Origin: Podarcis vaucheri
Lineage: Eukaryota
Assembly: GCA_965113315.1 (NCBI GenBank)
Contig: OZ220367.1
DNA length: 64,000 nt
Strand: one strand, 5' to 3'
Numbering within the stretch: position 1 is the stretch's first letter; each line of letters begins with the position of its first letter. A program made the translations under genes and the position numbers. Shown in pieces: positions 28,215 to 40,950 of the stretch. Below the pieces are notes generated by a model, which did no database searches, had not been told where the DNA came from, and saw only the letters and a list, made by a program, of their open reading frames with translations.

Positions 28215-29408
28215 TATTTATTGATTTATCCCCTGCCTTTTTCTCTGACGGAACTCAAGGCAGCTTACAGATAAAAGTAAGAACTGCTAAAAACATAACA
28301 ATCATTAAAAAAATGAAACATCAATAGAATTAAAACTATATACATATATAGAATCTGTTAAAATCATATCAATAATTACAACACAGCATCAGCTCTTTCA
28401 TTAAAACAGTCAGTTCACAAAAACATGTTGAAGCAAGGAACTCTTCACCTGCAGGCAGAAATACAACAAGGAGTGAGCCAATGTAGCTTCTCTAAGGAGG
28501 GAATTCCAAACTCTGGGAGCAGCCACTGAGAAGGCTCCCTACCAAGCGCGCCTGCCAGGCTGGCAGAACTGAGAGAAGAGCCTCCTCTGAAGTTCTCATA
28601 TGAACCCAGGAAGGTTCATATGAGGGAATACGGTCTTTCAGATAGCTTGGGCTTTATAGGTTGTAACCAGCACTTTGAATTGTGCCTGGAAACAGACTGG
28701 TAGCCAGCAAAGCTGTTATAGCAAGGGAGACATATGCTTCCTATAACCAACCCTGGGCCCCAATCTGGCTGCAGCTCTTTGAGCCAGTTGAAGTTTCTGA
28801 GCACTTTGCAAAGTGTAGAGTGTGTTACAGGAATCCAAATGGGATGTAACTAAGGAGTATGTCACTGTGGCTACTGATCAAGGGGTACAGTTGGCACACA
28901 ATCTTTAACTGTGCAAATGCACTTCTTGCCCCCACAGAGACATGGGCATCCAGGCCCAGGGCTAAGTTCAAGAGCACACCCAAACTGCAAACCTGTGTCT
29001 TCAAGGAAGTGTTACCCCCATTCAGCACAGCCTGAATCCCTATTCCCTGTTCTGCCTTCTGAATGACCACTACTGTCTTGTCTGGGTTCAGTTTCAATTT
29101 GTTCACTGTCACCCAGTCCATTACTGATGACAGGCACCATTTGAGAACCAAGACAGCTTTCTTGGATTTAGATGGAAAGGAGAAATAGACCTGGGTGTCA
29201 TCAGCATACTAGTGACACCGAGCCCCCAAACTCTAGAAACCTCTCCCAGCAGTTTCATGTAAATGTTAAATAACAGGATAGAACCCTGAGGAACCCCGCA
29301 GGTCAACAGCCAAGACATCAAACAGAAGTCCCCCAGCACCACCTTCTGTGTTTGTCCCTCCAGGAAGGGATCCGCTGTTAAAGAGGGTCCCATCCCAGCA
29401 AGGCAGAT
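28215..29408 (-). mobile_element. Degenerate L2-like LINE with RT-domain remnant
   Basis: GVPQGSILLFNIYM; YADD codons at 29197-29208; WVTVNKLKLNPDKT; SLGVLL; frameshifted. Confidence 0.85.
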
Positions 29409-30131
29409 CTTTTTTTAAAAAATATTTTTTTATTGTTAAAATAACACACATATTACAAATATACAAGCATATATTTCATACAATCCTTAAAAGTGTTCAA
29501 ACATACCTACACTCATTCCCACAGATAATTCCTTTTCCCATCACCATCCACCACCCCTCACCCCACCTTTGTGTTAGACTTCCAATCTACTCAGTTGCAA
29601 TTTCTTCCCACTTCTATTACTTTCTTTCACACACCTTTAAGTTAATTTCATACTTCTTTTTCTATTACACATTGTTATCCACCTTGTTTAGTATTTCAGT
29701 ATTTGAAACGGAACTTGTTTATTCTAATAGGAGTTCTGATTTTTCGATATGGTTTTGCAAGTATCTTTTAAACACCTTCCAATCCCTGTCTATCTTCTCT
29801 TTTGAGATCTTTCCAATTTCTCCCATTGTTTTGGATATATTGTAGTACTCCAATAATTTGGCAAGCCACTCTATTTTTGTCGGTACAATACCACTTTTCC
29901 AATTTTTCGCAATCAATAGCCTTGCGGCTACTGTTGCTTATAAATATAAGGTCTTGTCTTCTTCCTTTAGGCTTCCTGGTACTATTCCCAATAGAAAACC
30001 TTCTGGTGTTTTCCTAAATGAATATCTGAACATTTTTTTCATTTCGTTATATAGTGTTTCCCAAAATTGTTTGATGTTTAAACAATTCCACCATATATGT
30101 ATCATAGTACCTTTTCCAGTGTTGCATCGCT
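29409..30131 (-). mobile_element. L1-clade LINE 3' fragment (diverged from the 27.4-kb copy)
   Basis: Minus-strand RCNTGKGTMIHIWWNC...IAKNWKSGIVPTKIEW; T-rich plus-strand tail at 29409-29433. Confidence 0.85.
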
Positions 30132-30908
30132 AATCAGTCTCCTCCACTCAAACTGAGGTGCCACCACACACTCTAGAACCTTGCCCAAAAATGGTATAAA
30201 GCAGATTGGAAAAGTTTTCTTTTTGAAAAACAAAAGTCATATTATATTTAATGTTACATTTACACTGACAGTTTACCTTAAAATAAGTGTTCTGTGCTCA
30301 TCTAAAATACAAAACTAATTATAGAGCTCCTACCAAATATATTTCTATTTTTAAAACTCTTTTATGTATATTCTGGTGGGAAAACACCTTTCTTATCAGG
30401 ACATTCATCCCTCCAGATTTTCCTCAAATGTCTTATTATCTAACAGTGATATCCAATGCAGTGCTCACACAAGAGGGCTTCTCCTTTCTCTCCTCCCCCT
30501 GCAACCTCTTATAAACCTCCAATCTGTTTCAGAGGATTGAGACACTCTCCAGAGCAAATACTGGGGGCACACAGAGGCAGTAGGGGGAGAAAAGAAATCA
30601 GAAATCCTATTCTGCAAGCAGATGAATATATTGGATGTTGTCCTAAAGTTATGCTTGTTAGAGCTTTTGTCTCTAAGTGCCTTGTTGAATTGTCTCTCCA
30701 TCACCTGAGAGAAAATACATTTAACAAAGCTCAAAAGAGAATTGCAATCATAACTTAGGATGGCAACTGCATAGTAACACTAGCCATGTAACATATCAAC
30801 CCAGCTTAAATTTATTTTATCTAGCATTCATTTTTCACAGGACAAAAACAATCTGCAACTTTAGAACTGAGCTAACAGACAAAATGTTCAATACCATCAG
30901 CATGACTG

Positions 30909-31256
30909 AGTAAAGATAAAGGTAAAGGGACCCCTGACTGTTAGGTTCAGTTGCGGATGACTCTGGGGTTGCGGCGCTCATCTTGCTTTACTGGCCGAGG
31001 GAACCGGCGTACAGCTTCTGGGTCATGTGGCCAGCATGACTAAGCCGCTTCTGGCAAACCAGAGCAGCGCACGGAAACACCGTTTACCTTCCCACCAGAG
31101 CGGTACCTATTTATCTACTTGCACGTGCTTTCGAACTGCTAGGTTGGCAGGAGCAGGGACCGAGCAACGGGAGCTCACCCCATCGTGGGGATTCGAGCCG
31201 CTGACCTTCTGATCAGCAAGCCCTAGGCTTTGTGGTTTACACCACAGCGCCACCCA
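30909..31256 (-). mobile_element. Sauria SINE
   Basis: Colinear and highly similar to 19088-19440 (taaaggtaaagggacccctgac...cacagcgccaccc). Confidence 0.9.
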
Positions 31257-31325
31257 CAGGGACACTGCAAATTCATATCCATCGTCCTGAAAACAGATTA
31301 ATATTCACTGCATAAGGACATAAAT

Positions 31326-31427
31326 CAGGGGTCTCCAAACTTTATGAGCCCCAGGACCATTTCACAGAAGAATAGGAAATGGCCAGGACCCTCCAAAAAC
31401 AGGCCAAACACACCTACATGGACAAAG

Positions 31428-31478
<51 letters not shown>

Positions 31479-31640
31479 AAAACAAACAAAATTCAGGCCA
31501 AAGAAAAAGCAGGCAACTTTTCCCCAAACAAAACAATTATCAGTTTTTTTAAAATTAAATATTAGGCAGGGCAGCGGGTCTTGGCAGGCACCAAGGAAGT
31601 GTCTGAGGGCACCACAGTCCGCACACTTTGGACCCTAGGC
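31326..31640. mobile_element. Degenerate hAT-like MITE containing a (CA)n tract
   Basis: Left end CAGGGGTCTCCAAACTTT, right end ACTTTGGACCCT; TSD not clear. Confidence 0.45.
31431..31477. repeat. (CA)n microsatellite
   Basis: Direct observation. Confidence 0.97.
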
Positions 31641-32643
31641 TTAAGGATATGTACCCTACATGCATCAGCTCAAGCGCCGCCTAATCCTATAATAGCCATA
31701 TATGGATTCAGAATGGAAACAAGAATGAATTAGGTAGAGAACTTGCAGTGAGGTGAGAAGTGCCATAAGCATAGTGCTGTTCCTACACTTAAAATTAGGG
31801 TCACTAGCATCTGCTTTCCAAGCAGTCCACATTCTGATCTGCCTAGATTACAAAATACTTTCTTCTCCTCGCTTTAATAATGATACAAAAAAGGACAGTG
31901 GTGGTGTGTACAGTGTGAAGGTATTTCCAAAAACAGCAAGGCACTTGTCGCTCCTCTAGACACTGGACTCCGCACGTAACTGCAGTATCTCCTGAGTTTA
32001 CTGACAAAGGTGCATAGCTTATTTAAAGATTAGTAGAAACGCTTGTGAATGTAGTACACAGTCCACTATGCCAAGAAAAGAAGGTGCAAAGCTAATAATA
32101 TCTATTGGTAATTGTGGATTAATGTGTGCGGAGAATGAAACAGCTGCCATCAGACTGAACTCTACCCACATGCTAGATACTTATACAAGAACCACAACCA
32201 AGCAATGAAGTTAGATTCTGGCAGATATAGCTTTCTGTTGTTCTTATGGCACAACTTCATTGCAGTGAAGCAACAGATCTCCACAGAGTGCACATAGGAA
32301 AAATGACTCTATATTGCAATCACAGACAAAGTGACATGCTAGGTAGCTCCTATAGACTGAACCTCACAGTTGGCAACCACTGAAGGAATTGAGTACCATT
32401 TGCCTTCACATACAACATAGAATTTAAGCACCCCTTGACAATACAGATTCCTCTAAATAGGAAATGAGTAAAAGAAAAAGACCTCCACTGCCCAATTTTC
32501 TTTTTCTTTTTCCTTTGTTCGATGTCCTTTTACTTTAAGGAAGCAAATGTAGGTTCCTCTACCCATTACTATTTTGCCAAACTAAAACCAGATAAAAACC
32601 CAAATCCTTTTTTAAAAAAGACTGAGCATATTTGCATTGTTAC

Positions 32644-32723
32644 CTTCACTTTCTCTCGTCTCAAACAGCAGAAAAGACAATTTTCATCAAAAGACCAATC
32701 AGAAACACCTTCAGGCTCAAAGT
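32644..32723 (-). CDS. LCOR: LCOR coding exon 3
   Basis: Acceptor cttcttcacag|, donor AAG|gtaaca; 80 nt; encodes (D)FEPEGVSDWSFDENCLFCCLRREKVK in frame. Confidence 0.92.
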
Positions 32724-33132
32724 CTGTGAAGAAGAAGATGCCGTTACTTCATATCTATAAAGACCACAACTTGCTTATGGCTAAAGCTCATTCCCAATTC
32801 ACTACATGATTTAGAAGACACTTGGTGAAATTCAGAAAACACAAATTTGATTTTTGTCATGCTTTTAATTCCACAATGTTACAAAAGTATAATATTTGCC
32901 TACACACAAAGCTGATTTTCCTAAGCAACACCAAAACCACTGCCAGTTATACAGAGATGAAGGCATGCTCATTAGTAATTTTAGCCAATATGAAACTAAC
33001 TGTGAGCATTGCCTGGGGGGAGGGAAAAAGCACAAATCACCAAGGTAACATACATTTTCTAGAGGCAGAGCAGAGGTTGATTTTGTCATTAGAAATGCAG
33101 ATCAAGGCAAAAAAGGGGGGGAGATGTAATAC

Positions 33133-33198
33133 CTTTAAACAAACTCAGATCTTTTAATAATTCAGGTCCAAACAGCCCTTCTAGAATACTTTCAAATC
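33133..33198 (-). CDS. LCOR: LCOR coding exon 2
   Basis: Acceptor ctttgcttttag|, donor G|gtatta; 66 nt; encodes (G)FESILEGLFGPELLKDLSLFK in frame with exon 1; matches the LCORL motif GFESILEGLYGP. Confidence 0.92.
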
Positions 33199-33530
33199 CT
33201 AAAAGCAAAGAAAGAATAGTTAGCTTTCTCTATAGTATATGTTACTGTCAGAATATTGAAAATGGTTCTTTATTCATCCGTTCCTAGCATTCTTTTATGC
33301 AATGAACTCAAGGCCTCCTGGTCAATCATGACAAATAAACTGGGGGAGGAGAAATGAGCCTTTATGTATATTATCTTTAACAGTTACACTAAATAACTAT
33401 ATTAATAATTAAGAAGTATATGGTAGAAAAAAGGGAAATGATTGTGTATCAATGCAATTAATTTTTCCACAAAAATCTACCACTCTTTTTAGGTTATAAA
33501 AAATATGTCTTTTTGCCTCATCTTATAGAT

Positions 33531-34050
33531 CAGTGTTTCCCAAACGTTTTTGGGCAACGGCACACCTGTTTACCGGAAAAAAATCTCGCGGCACACCACC
33601 ATTAAAGCCCCGCCCCGTGACGTCAGCGCGCAGCGTCACGCCGGGAGGGACGCACAAAAGTGAACGTTTTTTCCCTTCCCCTTGCCGGGGTGGGAGGAGG
33701 CAGCAGAGCGAGGGACTGAGGGACGGCGGCAGCTGAGGCGGCGGCGGCTGTTGTGGTGGTGGCGGCGATAGCGGGCGGAGGAGGAGCCGTCGCCGGGAGT
33801 TGCTGCTGCTGCTGTTGCTGCTGCTGCCCGGACATGCCGGCCTCCTCCTCCTCCGCTGTCTCGCGCTCCTCCCTTTTGCGCGCGCTGCCCCGCCGCTCGG
33901 CACCACCACCGCGGAGCCGCCCCCGACTTGACGCGGATCCTCGCCGCCGCCGCCTCTCGCCGCCCGACTCGCCCGCCTCCCTACCACGGCACACCAGCCG
34001 GTGTCTCACGGCACACTAGTGTGCCGCGGAACACCGGTTGGGAAACACTG
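33531..34050. mobile_element. Non-autonomous hAT (Charlie-like) element carrying a captured GC-rich gene fragment
   Basis: TIRs CAGTGTTTCCCAA/TTGGGAAACACTG; perfect 8-bp TSD TTATAGAT (33523-33530 and 34051-34058); repeated subterminal CGGCACAC motifs at both ends; interior of CpG-island character. Confidence 0.93.
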
Positions 34051-35545
34051 TTATAGATCACATTTTTAAGCAAAGATTTTGAACTTGAAGCCTTAGAATT
34101 TCTTAGAAAAAGGAAAGCCACTAAGGTGCAAAGGAAACAGCAAAATACAGTGTGCATGCATTGTGTATGAGCTTGTTTATTACAGAGAAGATTTTCTATG
34201 CCTTTTTAAAGAGTGCAGAGTGTTTGTGTTCTAAAAGATTCTACCACCACCACCCAATTATTGCCACTATTTGTAAATGTAAATTCAGTGTTAATCTAAA
34301 TCATGGCTTGCAGCTAAAGAGATAGCCAAACTAGCTACCCGTTACCCATACCATAAGGAAAGGGGCACATTCTAGAAAATATACCAGGGACATTTTAGGA
34401 GACATTTGTTAATTCTGCCAGAGTTTGCTCTGAAAAATAAGACACATTTTTGGGATTTTATAGTACAATCTCCACATATACTTAACAGTATTGTACTTGT
34501 ATAATTTCTACTTTTCCTACAATATTTGAAGTCAAGAAAGAAAATGTTTTTTTTCAAGAAAGCCTTGGAAAAAAGCAATGCAACAGCTATTTTTGGAGCC
34601 ACAATAGAGTGCAATATAGGGCAATTGCTTTAGAGATGCATGACTCTCTCTCTCTCTCCAACAAGCTTCACAACCCAGTGGTTGTACTTTCATTTATAAA
34701 GTATACACAAGAACCATATTGCAAATTTGGATGTGTTACAGTCATTAGCTATCAGATGTAAAACTTAAAACACACTTCTATCATTTAACGTTAGTAAGAG
34801 GTTAAAATTGCTACTGTGGATTGAAACTGCTAACAGAAACATCTCTTGATCAATGTTGATCAGCTAACAACAAATCTATCAGGGTGAAGCACAAACACAG
34901 AAGAGACAAAAATACAGAGAAAAGAAGGAGGGAGTGTAATAAATATACATGTGTGTAATGCAATGAGCACACAATAAGCCAAAATACAATGGATGCAGCT
35001 GGACATCATTATCTTACAGTTACTCTGCTAACTTTTAAAAGTTACAAAGCAAAACTGACAGAAATATAAGTCACAGTCAAGTCTGGGGAAACATCATTAC
35101 TAAGAAAAAGTTAAAATTCTAAAATACTATTCTAAAAGACTTATGCACATGTTTGCAACAGAGAACCGTTTGCTTTATTATTATAAAAAATAAAAGCCAG
35201 AGAAGAATCTGTGAAATGCAGAAATGGCAAGCAGAGAAACGTCCCTTCCTGCAAATGGCAACTAATTATTTATTTTTAAAGAAAAAAGTGTTGGGGCACT
35301 CTTGCACATATGCATGTAACATGTAGATGTTATATAAATATTTGTAACTCAATAAACAAACAAGTCATGGCCTGTTTCTCCACCTGCTCTTGCCTCATGC
35401 CTTTGTAACTTGGTGAGTGAGGTGGGGTGGCAAAACAAAGCATTGTTAAGTGAGGATATAGAGTATGGACATAATATGAAAGCATAGCCCGAAAAGAAAC
35501 CATGGTTAGTCTCTTGGGTTGGGTCTGCAAGTTCAGCAAACCATA

Positions 35546-35903
35546 AAGGTAAAGGACCCCTGACAGTTAAGTCCAGTCGCGAACAACTCTGGGGTTGCGG
35601 TGCTCATTTCACTTTACTGGCCGAGGGAGCTGACGCTTGTCCGCAGACAGTTTTTCCTGGTCATGTGGCTAGCATGACTAAGCCGCTTCTGGCGAAACCA
35701 GAGCAGTGCATGGAAATGCCATTTACCTTCCCGCCGGAACGGTACCTATTTATCTACTTGCACTTTGACGTGCTTTCAAACTGCTAGGTTGGCAGGAGCT
35801 GGGACCAAGCAATGAGCATTCACCCATCGCGGGGATTTGAACTGCCGACCTTCCAATCAGCAAGCCCTAGGCTCAGTGGTTTAGACCACAGCGCCATCCA
35901 TGT
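35546..35903 (-). mobile_element. Sauria SINE
   Basis: Same family; TSD CAGCAAACCATA/CAACAAACCATA; more CpG decay than the 19-kb copy. Confidence 0.9.
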
Positions 35904-38337
35904 CAACAAACCATACCTAGGCTAAACAAAGCATTGCTTTACATTATATGCAAAGCAGGCCAAATATTATTAAGTTCTACTTATACATGCATGTAATTTT
36001 GTTCCTGTTCATTATTCCATGGTGACGTCCTATGTTACTCTAAAGTATAAAATACTTCCACTATTCAATAAAATCATTTTTATTTTCCTGCCTCAATCAA
36101 TGGTTTTGTTAGCTTTGCCAATAGCCTGCTTTCCAAAGCTTGCAATACCATTGTTCTAGCAAGATTTACTTATGTCTTCCAGTTTCTCACAATGATCTAC
36201 AACTTGCTGTGAGATAAACAGTAACATTTCTTTGTATCACATAGTTTTGTTCTGCCCTTCAAATCACATGGTAGTTTGGGCATACATCTATGCATTGCCC
36301 TAATATTTTTACACACAGGAAAAAAATGCCAGAAATTGTTTTTCAAATTGCCAGAAATTTTTTTTTCCATCACGTGTGTTAGAACATTGCCACTTCTAGG
36401 CATCCTCTGTAACACTGAGGGCTTGGCAAACTGTATATGTGGCGTATTTCTAATGGCGTTAAATATCATCTGTGATTTTGACTGCATTCTAATCTTTGTT
36501 GACACAGATTTAAAGGGTCTTTTAGTCCATAGATTCCCATTGTTCTCCTTGTAGTTGATCCCCCATGTCTTTTCTCTCTATAGCCACTATACCTTCTGTT
36601 GTGTCGTAGATTATTTTACTATTCTTCTATATATGAAACCATCCCTATATGCTTAGTAGTTGTTAATATTCTATTACAAGTCTGATTGCATCTGCTCTTA
36701 CTTTAATGTCAGAGGTAAAACTAATTTGTAGTCAGCTACTTTATATTTTACAATTGTTATTTAAATGGCTATCCTGGTTTTTTGTTTGTTCAGGTATATT
36801 AGTTTCCTAACCTGTATAGGTCCTTAACCTCTCTATCTTCATATTGTTGATTCTTTTCCTGATAGAATAGCAGGCAATATAAAAATGGGATAAGCTGAAA
36901 TATACCCAGGGATATTTTTTAAAACCATTCCCTTCCTCATAATTGTAATGTTAACAGGATAAATGGATAATGTATTCTGCTGATGTTATTTTATCCGTTA
37001 TCTGGGATATCTATTGTTTTCCTACATCTCTTTCTGTACCATTGCTATCAGAAGCTTTAGTTGGTATGCTGCATCAGACCATCCAAAATTAGATATTCCT
37101 ATATCACTTTATGTTTGTTTTTCTTCTAAATCCATGCACTCCCCTCCCCTAAAAAATGTATACATGAAATCCGCAGCTTTTGCTAGGTTTTTAATTTCTC
37201 AAGAATATAAACTGGAAAAACTGGGTGGGGTAGACAGAAAGCTTGGATACAAAAGCATGCAATGTGTAGTTAGGATCTAAATGTTACTACTTAAGATTAC
37301 AGTCAGTTTAGTTCTGTGCAAGGCCGAATGCTTTAAAAAAAACACCCAAACCTCTTACAATATCTGTAATAGTAATTACCAATGATTCATGTCCCATGGA
37401 GTTTGCTATGAATGCAATAGAAAATTCACAATGTCTGCCAAGTGGGTTACACAGCCTGGACAGTATAGAATCCTACCTTGTTCACTGTTCTCACCAATGG
37501 TAATGCCACTTGATTTTTATTAATATTAAATATTAGATTTAACAGTTGCATAGCAACAGCAGAAGAGCTTATATGTAACACTTGTCACCAAAAACGCCAA
37601 ATAAGGCAAGAATGAATATATTCAAAAATTATTTTAAAGGACTTGGCATAATGCAGCAGCAAACAACATGCAGCAAGAAGCAACACAGAAATGAAGGGAT
37701 ATGACCTGCCTGTTACTTTCAATCACTTAAGAGTCCAGAAAAAGCATGTGCACGTATCGGCAACAAATACCCTGAAAAGATCTTGAAAAATGAGATCCTG
37801 GCTAGTTTTTACTAGGATTTGTCTCAATCACTCTTAGGAGATAGGAGAGAACATTCCTTTCTCCAATGATATTTTCCTTCCTTCCCTATTTGACAGATTA
37901 TGTTTTCTCTATATTTCAAAGGAAAAGAATTAACATGGCTGTCTGTTAAATTCCTGGATTCATACCTTCATCATTCACATGCATGTTTGATCATTTACAG
38001 CTGCTGAAGAGAAGCAGTTGTACAACAGTGACAAGCATAAGAGCACAGGAATTGTAAGAGACTCAGGATGTTTCAATTGTGATATTTTTCACAACATTTC
38101 ACAACTGATTTTACGTAAGAAGACTAGGCAATAAGAGAAGGCCATTTACAATGAAAAACAGGCTTGCTGGTGTTTTCATTCTACAAAAATGAGTAAGGGT
38201 ACCTGGATTTTCTAAAGTTTCCTCTACAAGAAATTAGCTATTATTTACTATAGAAGGACCACTGATTATTGTAAGAGTTGCTTGAAAGGAAACTGTATCT
38301 TGATGAATGCATATACACACATTTTCTTGCACTTTGG

Positions 38338-38340
<3 letters not shown>

Positions 38341-38387
<47 letters not shown>
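38341..38387. repeat. (AAT)n microsatellite at the end of the L2-like element
   Basis: Direct observation. Confidence 0.95.
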
Positions 38388-39207
38388 GTTTATTATTTGT
38401 ACCCAGCCACTCTGGGTGGCTTCCAACGAAGACTAAAAATACATTAAAATGTCACAAATTAAAAACTTCCCTGAACAGGGCTGCCTTCAGATGCCTTCTA
38501 AATGTCAGGTAGTTGTTTATCTCTTTGAAATCTGATGGGAAGGTGTTCCACAGGGTGGGCGCCACTACCAAGAAGGCTCTCTGCCTGGTTCCCTGTAGCC
38601 TTGCTTCTCGCAGTGAGGGAACCGTCAGAAGGCCCTGGGCACTGGACCTCAGTGTCCGGGCAGAACAATGGGGGTAGAGAAGCTCCTTCAGGTACAGTGG
38701 TGCCTCGCAAGACGAAAAGAATCCGTTCTGTGATTCTCTTCGTCTAGCGGTTTTTTCGCCTTGCGAAGCAAGCCCACTGGCGGATTAGCGCTATTAGCAC
38801 TATTAGCGGCTTTTAGCGGCTTATCGGATCAGCTGATAAGCGGCTTAGAAAAAGGGGGGAGGGGAAAAAACCCGCAGGAACTCGCAAGACATTTTCGTCT
38901 TGCGAAGCAAGCCCATAGGAGATTTGTTTTGCAAAGCACCTCCAAAACGGAAAACCCTTTCGTCTAGCGAGTTTTCCATCTTGCGAGGCATTCGTCTTGC
39001 GGGGCACCACTGTATACTGGGCCCAGGCCATTTAGGGCTTTAAAGGTCAGCACCAACACTTTGAATTGTGCTCAGAAATGTAATGGGAGCCAATGTAGGT
39101 CTTTCAGGACCGGTGTTATATGGTCTTGGCAGCCACTCCCAGTCACCAATCTAGCCACCGCATTCTGGATTAGTTTTAGTTTCTGGGTCACCTTCAAAGG
39201 TAGCCCC
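38388..39207 (-). mobile_element. L2-like LINE 3' fragment (interrupted by MITE 38695-39012)
   Basis: Minus-strand translation KLKLIQNAVARLVTG...DHITPVLKDLHWLP, typical of the L2/CR1-group ORF2 C-terminus; ends at an (AAT)n tail. Confidence 0.8.
38695..39012. mobile_element. Tc1/mariner (Tigger/pogo-like) MITE nested in an L2-like LINE
   Basis: TIRs CAGTGGTGCCTCGCAAGACGAA/TTCGTCTTGCGGGGCACCACTG; TA TSD (38693-94 and 39013-14). Confidence 0.9.
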
Positions 39208-40439
39208 TTAAGCAGCTCTTTTTTCAAACTAAATTGATCTTGGTTTTTGAAAAACAACTTAAAACAATTTGCATAGTTAAATTTGGTAGTAAATAAATTT
39301 CACTGTGGGGTGTGGGGGTGCGCGTGCACATATATGCACCTAGAATATGAAAATTGGCCATTTCCCCTATTATCTAACCTTGTATTTTAGGCTAATGGTT
39401 TAATGACCTGTTTCCCTTCTTTGATAATTAAATCTTTTGGAAAATTTTGATGTACACATGCACACACACATTGCATCATGTAGGCTAAAACAAACACAGT
39501 TCCTTTAGCTTTTCCTAGTGTAATGTGTTGCATTATCATCTTCAAAGCTCAACACAGTTCAGCACAGAATCTAGGCTGGCACTGGTCTTTTGAGTCCAAT
39601 TCATCACACTGAAGACTCATAAACCCTAAAATATCTCTCAATTGCTTTACTTAGCCAGTTATCTCTTATTGCATACCCTGGCTTTACATAGCCATTTGTC
39701 TAGTCACCTGTAATGAGCAAACACTATAAAAAGAGGGAGACTGGGTACCTACACAAGTTCACAATGGAAATAGGATTACTTTGTGGCACAGAATAAAATG
39801 CTCTATTACAGCCCTTTAGAGACTAGACAGAAAGCCCTCTCTCTGAGTCCTAGAACCCCTTCTACTGCTCCTGGAGTGTTCCCTAGCCACCGAAGAGCAG
39901 AAACCAAGCAGCTTAGTCCTTTCCTTCCAAACTTCATACAAGAAGTCTCAAATGTCTGTCAAGAAGCACTGTTTTTCGCTGGGTTTCACATGAGAGACTG
40001 CATGTGAGCCAAGCCAGCCTGTTTCCTTTCCAGAAAAGTGAAGACTGGAATGCTAGCCAAGCCAGGGAATATGAGCCTAGGTTTGCTTCTCAGAACGTGT
40101 TGTGTCATAATGTGTTCTCAGTGATGTGGAGTAGATGGCCAAGGCAGCTGCAAGAAATTAATGGACTTATCATTGGTTCTTTCAAACTGTACAGAATACA
40201 GAACACCTTTAGGTATATGACTCAAACTAGTAATCTGCTATAATATTGTTCTTACAAAGTTGCAGTAAGAGCTTTGTGCTACTATTCTTCCTTCTCACTT
40301 GCCTCAGATTACTCAGTCTTCTGTATCAAGTGGAATAAACTCACAAATTTTTGATACACTTACACACTCACATTCAAAGAACTAACATGCAAATAGGTAG
40401 AAAAGGTTCCTTTCATGTATTTTCTGAAGACCATGAAAA

Positions 40440-40950
40440 TAAGAACACTGCTGGACCACATCAACTGTATTTCTAGGCTACCACAGGGTTTCCCAAGGTG
40501 GCCAACCAGGTGCCTGTGGGAAGGCCAAAAGCAGGACGTTTCTCAGCAACTAGGATTCAAAGGCATGCCACCTCTGATCCTGGAAGTAATGTTTAGCCAC
40601 CAGGACTAGTAGCAATTCATACTAGTATGATGAGAGAGAAAATTTCCACACCATGCACAACATTATGCACTTCTATCATCCCCCACTAACTCACCTTTTT
40701 TCTAAACCAAACAGAACCTAACGTTCAAACTTGTCCTCATAAGAGTTGTTCCAGCTCTATGGCTGCACCATAGATTTGTACAGACACGTCGAGATCACAA
40801 GGGGTTTTAATTTTTGTCTCTTTCCTGCTGATCTCCAACACGGAATTTGCCTTTTTCACAGCTGCAGTACACTGGATGGTCCCAAAGCTCTCCATCACAA
40901 CCCCAAGATCCTGTTTCTCATCATTTACTAGCAGCTCGGTCTCCATCACT
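40440..40950 (-). mobile_element. Old CR1 LINE 3' fragment
   Basis: EKQDLGVVM...QCTAAVKKANSVL, the CR1 ORF2 C-terminal motif; the 3' end resembles the short fragment at 18575-18665. Confidence 0.65.

Noticed and set aside
29348-29845. 165-aa plus-strand ORF
   Set aside because: Antisense frame of an L1 3' fragment
33523-34019. CpG island as the native LCOR alternative promoter, or the 154/128/88-aa ORFs as independent genes
   Set aside because: The GC-rich block is exactly bounded by TIRs and an 8-bp TSD, so it is an insertion; the longer ORFs run through TE arms
36040-37250. AT-rich stretch that may be an ancient LINE ORF remnant
   Set aside because: No convincing EN or RT motif could be read in any frame
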